Origin: Takakia lepidozioides
Taxonomy: Eukaryota; Plantae; Bryophyta
Assembly (NCBI GenBank): GCA_030704615.1
Contig: CM060731.1
Coordinates: 44,144,001-44,208,000, forward strand
Length of the DNA stretch: 64,000 nucleotides
Direction: 5' to 3'
Position numbers and translations under genes: made by a program
Part shown: positions 1 through 12,358 of the stretch, piece by piece
Numbering within the stretch: the first letter of the stretch is position 1
Layout of the letters: every line of letters starts with the position of its first letter
The notes under the pieces: model-generated
Database searches by the model: none
Told to the model about the DNA's origin: nothing
Seen by the model: the letters and a program-made list of their open reading frames with translations, nothing else

Positions 1-812
1 AGGACAAACCACGCCAGAAGGAACACACTCTACAGTGGGACACAGATAGAGATGCTGGTTGGAAAGTGGAAGGGTTGAGGTCAATCATCGCAGAGCCAAC
101 ACTCTTCAGCCGCCAAATTGGTGGTTTTGCTCTTTGTTCCAGAAGTATTACCCCTAACTCATTTTGTCAATCTATTAGAAACCCTGGCAACGTCAGTGTG
201 CGTGAGAGAAAGAGAGTAAATAAGAAAGACTCAGATGAGGGGTATCTATATGGAATATGAAATCAGTAGGCCACAGCCTGGAACATGCTTTTGTAGTGCC
301 ATTTGTCCCTACTGGTATGCATAACTTTGTGGACCCATGAGAATAATGTATCGGAATTCCACATGTTGTAGGCTACAGCTCGGATGCTGCGTCCAGCACT
401 CCCGATGTGCCACTGGAGCCTGAGGCACGGGATCACAGGTACAATTCCCCTTCCATGCTCCTCACTTCTGAATGCATTTGTAGCATCTGTCTCTGTAAAC
501 CTCAGTTGGTTGTTGGCAAAGGCACATCCAGTCGCATTCTTTCCCAAATTTTTGAGAAAACTGAAACTGGTGGCATCAAGTATGCAGCAGCAGCAGCTAG
601 TACTAGTCCTGTAACGAACTGTACATTTTAGTTCACTCAAATCAAGTTTTGGAATATTAAGAAAGCTTGGGGTGACGCTTTCAGATGTTTCTCTGCATGA
701 AGACACTTAGCATCGTGCAAGGACAGAATTCCTTGTTTTCCCATTTTGGCTTTATTGATTTCAAGAAGTTATCAATCTAATGTGTAGTGTCTCCTGCCAA
801 CTGTGTTGACAG

Positions 813-3800
813 TGGACGGGCAGTGGTGGTGGCACTGTGGTGCAATTTTTTGGTGTTTGCTTTGAAAGTGGGAGCATGGCTCATGACTGCGAGTCATGTT
901 ATGCTGGCAGAGGCTATTCATTCACTGGCAGATGTGGCAAACCAGGTACAAGTTAGAATGGCAAAGCTCCATGTGGAGTTTGTTTCTCCCAAGACAAACT
1001 ACTCATATATTGTGGCACAGTTTCTGTTTATTGTTACTTCCTAGAGGTATGTAGAGCATTGTATGCACCCTCAAAAGTCTTTTAGTTGGTTATATCCAAC
1101 CAGGTCTATCTACACTGGGGATATGTTAATTCTATGGTAGTTTTTCATATACACCAAGTCATCATCTTGTTGAGGAATAAACAGACACCTGGATCAATGT
1201 TGTGCTCTTATGACAGGCCCTGCTTTTGTATGGTCTCGTCAGCTCAAGGCGTGCCCCTGATGCTATTCACCCGTACGTCATGAACTGCCCTCGCTTTTTG
1301 ATCAAAAGATGCAAGAAGAGTTGCAATTCTCCTACAGGACGATATGTAAAGACTTGAATGAGTTAAAGGTTCGCCAAGCGGTGGGTGCTTAGGAACTCTG
1401 ATGGGGCAGCAATTTCTGTGGCGTGATACTTCTGCACTTCTACATTTGAGATGGTCTTTGTCGTTGGAGAGACTGTGAAACCCTGAACAGGAGTTTCATT
1501 CTGAAGATATTAGGGGAGGTACTGTAGTGTGGCCTTGGTGAGAATCTATGTAAGCTGCACTAAGAATAAAAAGGTGTCGGTCAAGGCATGGAGCCTCAAG
1601 TCACAGTAGTCAAATAGACCTCCTTTGCAGAGAATCCATGTTAGTTCCATTGGACGCTCCCTTGTTCCTTCATACTCGAACGTGCCTGTAGCTGATTGTT
1701 CTCCTGGTGGCAGATATGGCTATTCAAAGGAGCGATTTGTGTGGTCATTGATCTCAGCTGTTGGCATCTTTTGCCTGGGCTCTGGGGCAACCATTGTTCA
1801 TGGCATGCAAAATTTGTGGAATGCTGAGGTGTGATCTGGTTACTGGCAACTTTCAGTCTCGATGGACAAACAATTTGCACTTGCCGCAGTCTCACCGTCC
1901 TTTGCTCCATTTCCATCACTTCGTCATTACTTAGCACCCTCTCAAATTCAATGGAAAGGATGGAGAACCATTTGTAGTGGAAGGGCAATATTTATTCCCC
2001 CACTATACTGCAGGATCAAGCAGAAATCGTACGTGATGACCCACTTATTTTCCCGTGCACAACAAGATAACCGAGCGCCGTTGTCTCTTTATCTATCATG
2101 GGAATGAAATATTTTCATCTCAGAATTTGGACCTTCTTTGTTTATTGAAACAAAACTAGCTTCCTCGGCATGTTGAGCATATCTAGCTGTTCTCATAACA
2201 AATTATAGAAATTTAGGCCCTGATATTGAGCATCACAAATCCTCATGCAAGTGTACTAACACCTGTCTAAAGATGAGTCTGATTTGTGGCCTTGGACCAT
2301 GTGTTTGCCCAGCAATTGGAGAATGTGGCGGTTGCAGCTGCGGTGCTTGCTGGATCCTTTATTATGGAAGGTGTCAGTCTTTTCCAAGAATGATATTGAA
2401 GATTATATGGCCTTCATCAATTCAGCTCCCCAATCCAGAGTAGTAATAAATAAGCGATGGTGTTATGGTTGGAAATTAGCCTGGAGATATATAGCCTCGG
2501 TAGAAAAACTTGTTCTACCTATCTTGGTTGGGGCTGTTGTGCGTCACGTTAGTTTCCAAGTTTGCCACCTTAAATAGTGGCAGTGGTGCTCTGAAGATAG
2601 AACCGTCAATCCTCAAGATAGAAAACTGTCTAAAGAGTTATTTGTCTTTGAGAGTGATATAATTTTGGTGTAGGGGCATGCATAGTTTGTGACAACTGAG
2701 ATCATCTGTACGATCTTAGTGGTTACTGAACTTGAACATCTTAATTCTTGTGTCAAATTTTATACGATTCTGGGGGACGTTTGCAGGAGCATCACTGCTG
2801 GTAGCATATGGTGCTGTGAAGAAAGGTGCACAAGCTGAAGGTATGACGTTGCAAGAATATCTGTGGCGCGGTCATGACCCAACAGCGGTTGCCGTTCTGA
2901 TGGAGGTTTGTTTTATGATCCAGAACCTCAAATGATGCCATGCTATTCGTTCAGTACTCTTGGTAGCATATGGTGCTGTGAAAAAAGGTGCAGCAGCTGA
3001 TGACTCTCCAAAAATACATCTGGTGTGGCCACAATCCAGCAGCTATAAAGGAGTTCTGTTTTTTGTTTTATCCTTTCAGCTGTCCAAACATACAGATGGA
3101 TGTGGAAAATACGTGTTTCTATGGGGCAAGCTTTGGTGCAATTTACCAGAAGCAACATGTCTTTAGAACAGATATATACAAGTGAGTTTCTGCAGGCCAA
3201 GCAAATGTGCCATGCTGTGCCTCTTTTGAAAAGTGTGTTTACTCGGACATTCAGGATGGGGCGGCAGTTACAGGCTTGCTTGTAGCTGGGCTGGCCTTGG
3301 CTGCAGTGGAAATCACAGGGAACCCAATTTGGGACCCAATCGGCTCAATAATTGTTGGCAACCTGCTGGGGGTGGTGAGTGTCTTTGAGCCACACCTACC
3401 CCTTTGATCACATGTATCTGTGGAAGTCATTTGTACTTGTCTTGGTAAGTCCAAATAATTTTGACTAGCAACATTTGCAAGTAACACAGCTTTGTGCACT
3501 TAGTCATTCTCCATGTTGTGAAATCACTGGCTTGTCATTGTTGTCAGTGGAATTTTGCAGACCTTGGTGGTCTACTTTTTTCGAGTTTGCTAGTCAATTG
3601 GTCTAAGACTCTTCTGTTTTAGAAGATAGGGAGCTTAATCAAACCTTTCTGAATGAACAGAAGTCTAGCAGCTTTTTAGCCTTAGTCGTTGTTTGACTGG
3701 TGTAGGTGGGCTCTGGTAGGTGGCGGTAATCTGCGCCTGTGCATGCATCTATATGCTTCAACCAGAATGTTTGTTTTTCACATTTTTCAAATTTCTTAAT

Positions 3801-5594
3801 ACAAAATGTTGTGAGCTGTTTACCAGACAACTAGTAATGCAAATTCTGGTATGCAGGTTGCAATATTTTTGATACAGCGGAATCGGCAAGCACTGCTGGG
3901 GCGAGCTATTGATGATCATGATATGAGGCGTGTGATGAACATGCTGATGGCTGATCCGGTAAATGCTTTTGCTCTTTAAGTGTAATAGTTGTATGAGTCA
4001 AAAAATTATAGCCTATAAGTGTGAATTTTACACTTAATTTGTTATTTGCTGAAGATGAAATCAACTGTTATTCCATTACTCGGGATTGGTATTCTCAGTT
4101 TATTTTTCCTTTACTGATTGAATGGGGTAGTAAATACCTAACATATGTGAATGACACTTCACAGGAACAATAGCACGTGTTATGCAAGATTGAGTTTGCC
4201 AATGGAAATTTAGCAGAGAGATAAATGTGCATGTGTCACTTCGATTGGCAAAGCTTTGCATGAAAATTGCTCGTCGAAATTCCTCCCTTTGTCATTGGCG
4301 TTCTTTTGATAATTGGCTCTGCATTCATGTATATTCGTAATCTGAAAGGAATGGTTAAAGTTTGAGTTCTGTTTTGTCAGGTCTTAGATTGTGAAGCTTA
4401 TCTGTGGGGCAGGTTGTGGATGCTGTGTATGACTGCAAAAGTGAAGTCATCGGCCCTGGTGCTTACCGATTTAAAGCAGAAATTGGTGAGCTCCTGCTTT
4501 TTTCTTTATGGACATAATTACTGACTTTCTTTCCTCAAATACAGACATGCTGGTATGAGCTCACCGTAGTGGTGAGATAACTTGTTAACTGACAAGTATC
4601 TCTGCTGGGAATTGTGGCAGATTTCAATGGGGTAGTGATTGTGCAGAACTACCTTCGACGTGCTGGTCGTAATGCCTGGATAAAAGAGGTTGGTTTTTCT
4701 TTGTCTAGCAGTTCCTCTTAATGTCCAGTGAATGTGTTTTACATCAAAGGAAAGAAAGAGAAACTCTTGGTCTTAGGAGGTCTGACAATGTGGCAATGAT
4801 GGTTGCCCTGAAATCCCTCTTTGAGCTTTTTATATATGACATAGGTTCCGTAGCGAATAAGCAAGATTGTTTTGCTAGCTTCTTGGTTACTGAACTGGTC
4901 GTTCATTGTTGTAGTTTCGAGAAGCTGTCAACAACCCGGATGGTGGTCTCCTTCTCCATGTCATGGCTAATTATGGTATGTACCCGTCACACCACCCTCA
5001 TCCACATAGCTATGTCGTCAATAAACCCTGAGTTGAAATGCTGCTTGAGTATTCTCTCTGCTCAGATGAGGCTGCAGTAGAGGCTGCAGTAATCGGAAGT
5101 GATTGACATTTGACTGGGTTGTTCACACGCCTTGACGCTCCACCTGTATCTTTTGGCCATGGTCTTCGAAGTAACGGGACGGGCACACTTTTGGGTCTTG
5201 TTCTCTGTTGCCTTTCTTTTGAGAAGAAATTATTTGCTTGCAACTATGTGGCTCCAGGTATCTTGAAGCTGCTTTTAGTTTGCACAAATAGGTAGAACTT
5301 TTTCCCTTCCTAGCAGAGGTGTGAAATGAAGTAGAAGATTGCTCCATCCATCACATGCAATCAAATGAGAGAAAACGTAGTCATTCACTTGTGATTGGGT
5401 TGCCGAAGGAATCTGTACCATGATCGTTGTATGTCCTGCATGGTGTAGGTGAGGAGGTGGTGTCAGCTCTTGGTTTTGAAGTAGATCGGCTGGAGCAGGA
5501 GATTCGGAAGATAGTACCAGGTATTCGCCACGTTGACATTGAGGCCCACAATCCCAAGGGCCCTGCTCCGCGAGAGAAGTTCTACTTGTACTGA
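813..5594 (+). CDS. MTP7: Metal tolerance protein, MTP7/MTPc4 (ZnT9-like) cation diffusion facilitator; multi-exon, N-terminal exon(s) not resolved
   Basis: Predicted GT-AG exons 813-945, 1217-1272, 1714-1828, 2313-2370, 2787-2905, 3255-3374, 3857-3958, 4413-4485, 4621-4688, 4915-4975 and 5449-5594 splice in frame. They give RAVVVALWCNFLVF..HVMLAEAIHSLADVANQ..PDAIHPYGYSKERFVWSLISAVGIFCLGSG..GHDPTAVAVLMEDGAAVTGL..DCKSEVIGPG..EVDRLEQEI..HVDIEAHNP, ending at TGA 5592-5594. These motifs match plant MTP7. Confidence 0.93.
2960..3053 (+). pseudogene. Degenerate tandem copy of the preceding MTP7 exon inside the intron
   Basis: ggtagcatatggtgctgtgaa(a/g)aaaggtgca is shared with 2800-2830. Translation VAYGAVKKGAAA / MTLQKYIWCGHNPAA parallels VAYGAVKKGAQAEGMTLQEYLWRGHDPTA, with a frameshift. 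Confidence 0.8.
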
Positions 5595-6740
5595 TGTCTC
5601 CTAGTTTCATAATCTCACTGAGGAGAAATGCATGTTCATTCTCCATGAATGTAGGTGTAGAGAGTGGGGTTTGCCTCTATGCGACTATTAACAATTACGA
5701 AGCCAACTAAAAATAGCTTCGAAGTGCTCAGATATTCAGTACACACTGATCTTTTTGGCTAAATAAAGGATTGGTTTGCGCTTTGTTGCATCCATAATTG
5801 TATGAGAAAATGAGTATGTCTATGCAGCTGTGCACATACTGGTGCTACTGTTTCTAGTCCTTGGAAGTGGATAGAACATGTTGCCCTTGTTCATAATGTG
5901 TTGATGATGATGACGGACTAGAGTGCAGACATTCACATGCTCTGTACAGATCTATCTTTGGCTTTGCATTGTTGGTTTGTCAAGTCCCAGTTCATGATAT
6001 CATTCATGTTTGACGAGATCTTGGCATTACTTGGGGTTTCATTCAAGCCGATTGGACATGAGTGGATGAATGGTGCCAAACTTCGGCCAGTTTTGAGGCC
6101 TTCTGGTGCGTCGGTTGAAAACCCACACATTGTGTGTGTGGGATAGAGAGGGAGACTCTACAACGAAGCAACGCATGCACACCGCCTACACAAAGAAAGA
6201 AAGCCCAAAATTCCAAAGAAGAATAGAGAGAGGGTGTTAGTGAGATTGCTTTGACCACAATCTCATAAGGAAGATTGAAAGTCCGAGAAAGTTATATGCA
6301 CACGAAAGAGGAAAGAAAAAGAGAAAGAGAGTTGATACAAATTGCCACTAGAAAGATAGAGACAGGGATCGGACTGATGCAGCATCAGGCACAATCGGAC
6401 TGGAAGGACGATGATGGTGTGCACAAACCTTCCAGCATTGAATTGCTTGTGAAAGCCTTCTCAACTATCTCAGCCATTGCCTTCTTCGGCTTTCTTTCTT
6501 TCTTGCTTTTGATCAAGGGACAAATCAGGAGTCCGCCATTCCTTCCCGTCAAGTCTAGAGCAAGGCTTAGTCCTATAGATGCACTGCGGGTAGCAATGGC
6601 AGTCGCTACTGAGATTGTCAATTCATTCCAAGGAGGGGTGATGGAACTATATGCATCGCACAAAACATTGTAAGCAAACCATGTTGTCACATGCATTCAC
6701 ACATTCTCTCTCTTCTCTTCGTCCCCATGTGAGCTTAACA

Positions 6741-8786
6741 ATGGGTGGAAAAGAGGGTGCTGAGCTGGAGGTCACCTACGGTGGGGTTGCAGATGAACCA
6801 CCGCCTTTGGAAGACTTGTCAGAGGTGCTAAAGAAGATACACTTTGATAAGCATTTGCAAGGTCTTCTCTCTGTCTAGTGTTTTCTTTGTTGGTTGTGCG
6901 TAATTCATTGGACGTTAAAGGAACTTTATCCTTTTGTTGGTTGGTTGTGCGTAACTGCTCCATTAAGCATCCGAATGTGCCCCGCTTGCGCCACATTTCT
7001 TCTTTCACTGCCCTTTTTGTACTACGAGATCCGTGGGAGATTCAGTTGTCTATTCTGTGATATCCAATCTCAAACGGAGGTCTTCCATTACGAGGATTGG
7101 AAGTGCTTGGCAGCTTACCTTACCTGCATGAAGCACCGACTCTTAGACAATCTCTTGAGCAACAGTTCCTTTAGGGCTGTTTGTGGCCAGGATTGAAGCC
7201 CAACATGCCCAACTGAAGCTGGAGATGCTCGAATTGAAGCTCACGATGCCCTTAATCTTGAAGTTTAATTCTGTGGAGAAGGGGACAGAGGCCCTTTCTA
7301 ACTTACGGAAGAAAGGAACAAAAGAAGCAACGAAAATATTACCTCGCGTAAATGCCATGAAGGCTGAGAGATGAGACATTGGGAATGAGATTACACTTAC
7401 CTGCATTGAGGTTTGCCTTGTTCATGTTTGTGTAGACAGATGTATGCTGGCCCGTAGCAGCTCATGACCCCACCAAACAAGAAGGTGAAAGTGCACCTAC
7501 GATGAAAAATCGTAGGCGCACAGAGGACAAGACATCGCTGGTCAGCATTGTGTCCTCCGATCCTGCAAGTGTGACAGCGACTGTACCAGCGGTGGGTACA
7601 CCAATCAAGCCATTGAAAAGGGGATTTTTCGATTCAAAGTCTAAGAAAGTGCAATCTGCACGAGCTAAACCCATTCAGAAGACAGACAGTACGGTTGAGG
7701 ACATACCGATTATTCGGCCGAGTAAACCTCATAAGAACAAGCACAACGACATGATTCCTAGTAATCTCTGTGTCCATGTGTCTATGTGCATGCTACTCCA
7801 CAACTTATCTCCTTATTCTTCACTCAGATGCTTGCATGCTTTAAAAGCATGACTCTTGTGGGATCTTACCACTACAACAATGAATACCATTGCAATTTTC
7901 ACAATCAATACCATGGGTTTGCGGTAGTGACTCTGCTACATCCATTACGACTCCACGTTACAAATTGAGATCACATTGTCACATAGTAGGTGTTGCTTGC
8001 AAGTTGTGGGCCACATGAATTTCACCCAATGATATCTTCACAACATCACCCTTATGCTTCTTTGTGCAACTAGAAGTGAGGAGGGAAAGTACTAAGTGCA
8101 TTTGAAAGGGTCCCTATGTTGTGGTTTATCAAGCTTCCAATAACCTGAGAGTATGTTGAATTGCTTTCTTGATTTTAAACATGTACATGACACTCTACAG
8201 AATTCATGCGTGTGAACATGGAAGATACTCCAAGAGATCACCTTGAGCAGGAGTTTAGGGGTGAGTTTCACCTCAACTTTCTCTTCCAGTTATTTTCTTT
8301 CATAGGATGAACACATGAAAGAGGTGTCTGCAACTGATTGATGGGGAAAATAGGAAGCATGCAATATAGGGGGGACTTCCCACCTAGAAGTGCTGCCATA
8401 TGTCCTTCCCCTGAAGATGTTATCCTATGGCAGTCACAGCATCTGATCTTCTCCTAGCTTCTACTCATTTTGGACACTATCATCGTGTTCTCAGTTCTGA
8501 CCTATCCTTTGGGAAGTCTACTTTGACCAAGTAGTTAGCTTTCTTCTTCTTTGTTGCAGATATGCTTAAACCAACGCAAGAGCTGGTCAAGGATGTGATG
8601 GACAACGCTGACGTCAAAGATGGGCTCGAGGATTCTGACATCATGGCGGCTGTGTCAGACATAGCCAGCAACCCAAATGCCATCGATAAGTACAAGAACA
8701 ACAGCAAAGTGGTTAATTTTTACAACCATCTGGGTAAACTCATGGGGGATCGCATCAAGAAACAGGATGAAAAGACAACTCGTTGA
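6741..8786 (+). CDS. Small STI1/DP-domain-containing protein (putative co-chaperone); 4 predicted exons
   Basis: Predicted exons 6741-6861, ~7458-7760, 8201-8260 and 8560-8786; the last three join in frame as ..PLKRGFF..IPKFMRV..EQEFRDMLKPTQELVKDVMDNADVKDGLEDSDIMAAVSDIASNPNAIDKYKNNSKVVNFY. The C-terminal D-x-x-I-M-x-A-V-x-D-I-x-x-N-P-x-A-I-x-K-Y-x-N-N pattern is STI1-like. The first exon and second acceptor are less certain. Confidence 0.65.
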
Positions 8787-10213
8787 AAGTAGAGACAACC
8801 ACTTCAAGAAAAGAGAGGGGAGACAAAGGCTCTCAAGTTATTCCAAGCCAATTTGTAGACTGACAGTATCAAAATGTAATACATGCTTTCTTGGTCAATG
8901 TCACCAATTGTGGTGATATCCAAGCAAACTCGTTGAATGAGTTCCTCTACTGTTAAGCTAGTTCCCACGGCTCCAGGCTAACTCAAAACATTTGTAACAT
9001 GTCCAATTGTGATTTAAAGTGTTGTTTTCGCTTCAATAAGCACAGTCAATGTTTTGGTGCTGCTAACCGGTTGCAGTTTTCAACCGAGATTGAGGCGCTG
9101 CCACGATGACAGGAAGTCTAGAGAGGAAGAGAGACAGTAATGAAAGGGTACGGTTGGATGTGAAGGGAAAGACACGAAAGATTGTCTGATTCTCGAAAGG
9201 CACCACGCACCAAGTTGGCTGTCTCTAGGAACTAAGATCCACATCCGTCACATGCAAGTTCAATGCGTTGTGCCGTGATCTCAACAGTTGATCAGTCTTT
9301 TGAGAAACATTTACACTGTTCTTGCTCGATCAAGAATCACTGGCCAATAGAAGGAGCTTCTATAGACCTTCAACGCCCATTGGGATATGCAGGACTTGGA
9401 ATGGTCGTTTCACTGAAAGGGTTTTTTGGTCGCACCTCTTTGAATGGTCGGGCATAGAATTATAACGTTCGGGTCATTTTTTGTAAGGATGTATTGTGGT
9501 TGAGTGCTGGAGTATGTGAGAGAAAAGGAGGAGAGAGATGGTGTTGAATTTCATAGATTGATGAGGTGCTACGTTCGCAAAGCACCCATGGTAAGAGATT
9601 GAGAGATCACGAGTGTATTATGTATACCGTGATCAGCATCTTAGTGTTAGATTCCGTTGATGGGGGACGTGCTGCCACTGAAGGAAAAGCATGGGAAAGC
9701 AAAGAGTGAGAACAGGAGAGATATTGGTGCTGGTGTTCATGGCAATGTTTTAGTTTCCATGCCAGCGTGAGAAGTCTTTCCTCCAACAGATTGTGGGACA
9801 GAGGAATGGATACGAAGGGGAAGCCCGAGCTTCGGGTAGAGATGGCTTAAAAAGTGTAAAGAGACGTGCTTGGAGAGTGTAGTGACCGTTTTGATAAGAA
9901 TGCTTAGGAATCTGTGGATATTTGCTTACACTAGTTTGTGGCCATATGGTGAAGCTGGAGAAACAGTGCTGATGGTTGACGTTTAGTTGCTGCAGGTGGA
10001 GTTTTGATTGCGATGCTCTCATGGACTCGACGAGATAGTCTTCAGCTTCATCAATTGTGAAATACAACCACAAATTTCTGATCATATACCCCATCTCTTT
10101 CTTCTGCATTTTTCAGGTATGCTGCTTCATTCTCTCCGAAATACTGGAGTTCATTAACTTTGATTCTCTTTCTGGTTTTTTGATCGTTTCCAGGTTCTCT
10201 GGCATCCGTCTTC

Positions 10214-11287
10214 ATGGACACCGCAATTTCAGATCCGTTGAGCAGGACTCAGCGTAGCAAGTATGGGAACTCCAGCAGATCAAGGCGTTCGAGTGGAGGC
10301 GCAGTCACATTTTTCACTTTATTAGTATTCGCTGGTGTGGCCACTTTGACCTGGAATTACCAGGGAGTACAAGAGCTTATAAACTTGTTGCCGTTAAAAG
10401 GTGTCACGAATGGGGCAGCTAATGGGACAAATCTGCTTGAGCCGGAACCTGCAATGGGTTCGGTTGATAACAAAGGTGAACAAAGAGGGGTTCAATCTAA
10501 CACATTGGACAAACTTAGTTCTGTTGATGTCATTGACGGGGATGGAGGGGGTATAGGAACGCTCCAAAATGTTTTAGTGGGTGAAGAACATATCATGACA
10601 CATGCAGGAGGTAAGGAAGTAGAGGAAAACCTCGGGACACCGGCAGTGGATGGGTTCATCCCCCAAGAAGGTTCAGGCATTGCAGACATTGCAGCCGGAT
10701 TAGAAGTTACAAATGGGAGTAAGGAGATGGGCGAGGGGGAAATACAGGGGACAGTTTTTGGGTCCGAAAACGTAGACGAAGACTATGCTAATAATGAATC
10801 TGTACGAGAGTCCAACGGGGTGGCTGATACTATAATCGTGGGAAGTGAGAAGAACGAAGAAGTGTCAGGTAAGGAATCTGAACAGGAATGGGGTAGACAA
10901 AATGTAGGAGGGGGTACCAATGTGACTGCAGATGAGATTTTACTACAGATTGAAGAAGCGGTAGCGGTAGGTAATGGGACTGTTGAAGTGGTTGGTGAGG
11001 GTTTCGTATTTCAGGGACAAAGCGAGGAAGGGGGACAAGAGGCGACTGCTTTAGAGGCACCCATTGTGCATAATGAAATGGCTGCAGAGGATGACCAAGT
11101 CATAGCTGAAAGTAATTGGGTGTCAGGGAGTGGGAACCATTCGGAAGGTGAAGAGATTGTGAATACATCAGGGGTCGAGGGAACTGGAGAAGGAGGAAAT
11201 GAGACGGCTGATGGCAGTGTGGAAGTCCAGAAAGAGCATCAACCGGATATCTTGGAAGATGAAATAGCTGAGGAAGAAGGTGTGTAA
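10214..11287 (+). CDS. Glu/Gly-rich type II membrane protein of unknown function
   Basis: 357-aa ORF with a basic N-tail, one hydrophobic segment (VTFFTLLVFAGVATLTW) and a long acidic low-complexity region. A plausible 5'UTR intron lies at ~10117-10193. A possible donor at 11280/11281 could add a short last exon. Confidence 0.65.
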   Translation: MDTAISDPLSRTQRSKYGNSSRSRRSSGGAVTFFTLLVFAGVATLTWNYQGVQELINLLPLKGVTNGAANGTNLLEPEPAMGSVDNKGEQRGVQSNTLDKLSSVDVIDGDGGGIGTLQNVLVGEEHIMTHAGGKEVEENLGTPAVDGFIPQEGSGIADIAAGLEVTNGSKEMGEGEIQGTVFGSENVDEDYANNESVRESNGVADTIIVGSEKNEEVSGKESEQEWGRQNVGGGTNVTADEILLQIEEAVAVGNGTVEVVGEGFVFQGQSEEGGQEATALEAPIVHNEMAAEDDQVIAESNWVSGSGNHSEGEEIVNTSGVEGTGEGGNETADGSVEVQKEHQPDILEDEIAEEEGV

Positions 11288-12358
11288 TGAAGCTGAGTCG
11301 TGTGCTGTATGTGATTTTATTGATTACATAGTTTATAGTTGAATGTTGCTGATATGATTTCAACACCACTACTTACATGTATGAGTTTCATAATTTTCAA
11401 GTGTCGAAGTTTTATCATATAGAACTGTTGTGCCATGATTGTCATTACAAGCAATAAGTGAGAATTCATTGTAGCAACACTTCATTTTTTGTCCAAAAGC
11501 TCCAAACCTCAAGTACTGAAATTTTCAGAAGGAAGCTTCCAACTGCCAACTTCCAGCTCAGTAGCTCAGTAGCTTCCAACTTCCAAGGAGTGAGGTTCAA
11601 CATCTTGCCTAACAGCCACATCTATTAATATTAACGTTGATGAGCAAGCATGAAGCCATAAAGGTCTGTGTCCTGACGAAGGGACGCAAATATCAGACTC
11701 CATGTACTTATTTCACCCTGTTTTCTGGTAGCCTTGTGAGTGTAAACGCTCTGCACAGCACTCTGGACGGTGCGTGAAGAGAGGGAGGAGAGTAAAAACA
11801 GATGCAAAAGGAATCACTCACTACAAACCTCCAGCATTACAACTTCTGTTTGCAAATGCAATTGGTTGCAGATTCTGTGCAAAACTGAGTAATCCTGAGA
11901 AATGAGGTGACGAGAAGAAATAAGGAATCATCCTTATGAGCACATGGAACATACATGTGATTGTAATCCTTGAGGATATAATACACCCACAGCTTTATGA
12001 GATTTTTTACTCCTTGGTATCCCTGTCATGCATCCAAACTGGAAATGGATGCATCATATTTCAAATTTATTCTTGAACTGATGCATCAAAGAGTTGTAAT
12101 GGAGTGAATGGCATTTTCTACTGCTAGTTACAGCACTAGAGGCCCGTCTTGTTGCTCTCGATCAACTGCTGGTCTTCGATGCGTAACAAGAGGACGCAAG
12201 GATGGATAGTGGGCAAGAGAGGCTTTGCTCCGGTTCTTTTTATCAGCTATCATAAAATCTCATGAGTTCTTAGAACTCATAATTTTAGAAACGCACTTGC
12301 CTTTTGGACATGAAGACCAAGCGACTCCAAACATATTTTATGAGGGCTTCCCCCAAAC

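Noticed and set aside
1-812. Short ORFs upstream of the first confident MTP7 exon
   Set aside because: They probably include N-terminal exons or UTR, but there is no recognisable motif or unambiguous splice path.
6275-6673. 132-aa ORF with a hydrophobic stretch upstream of the STI1 gene
   Set aside because: No family motif, overlapping antisense ORF of similar size, and no convincing splice link; likely promoter or UTR.
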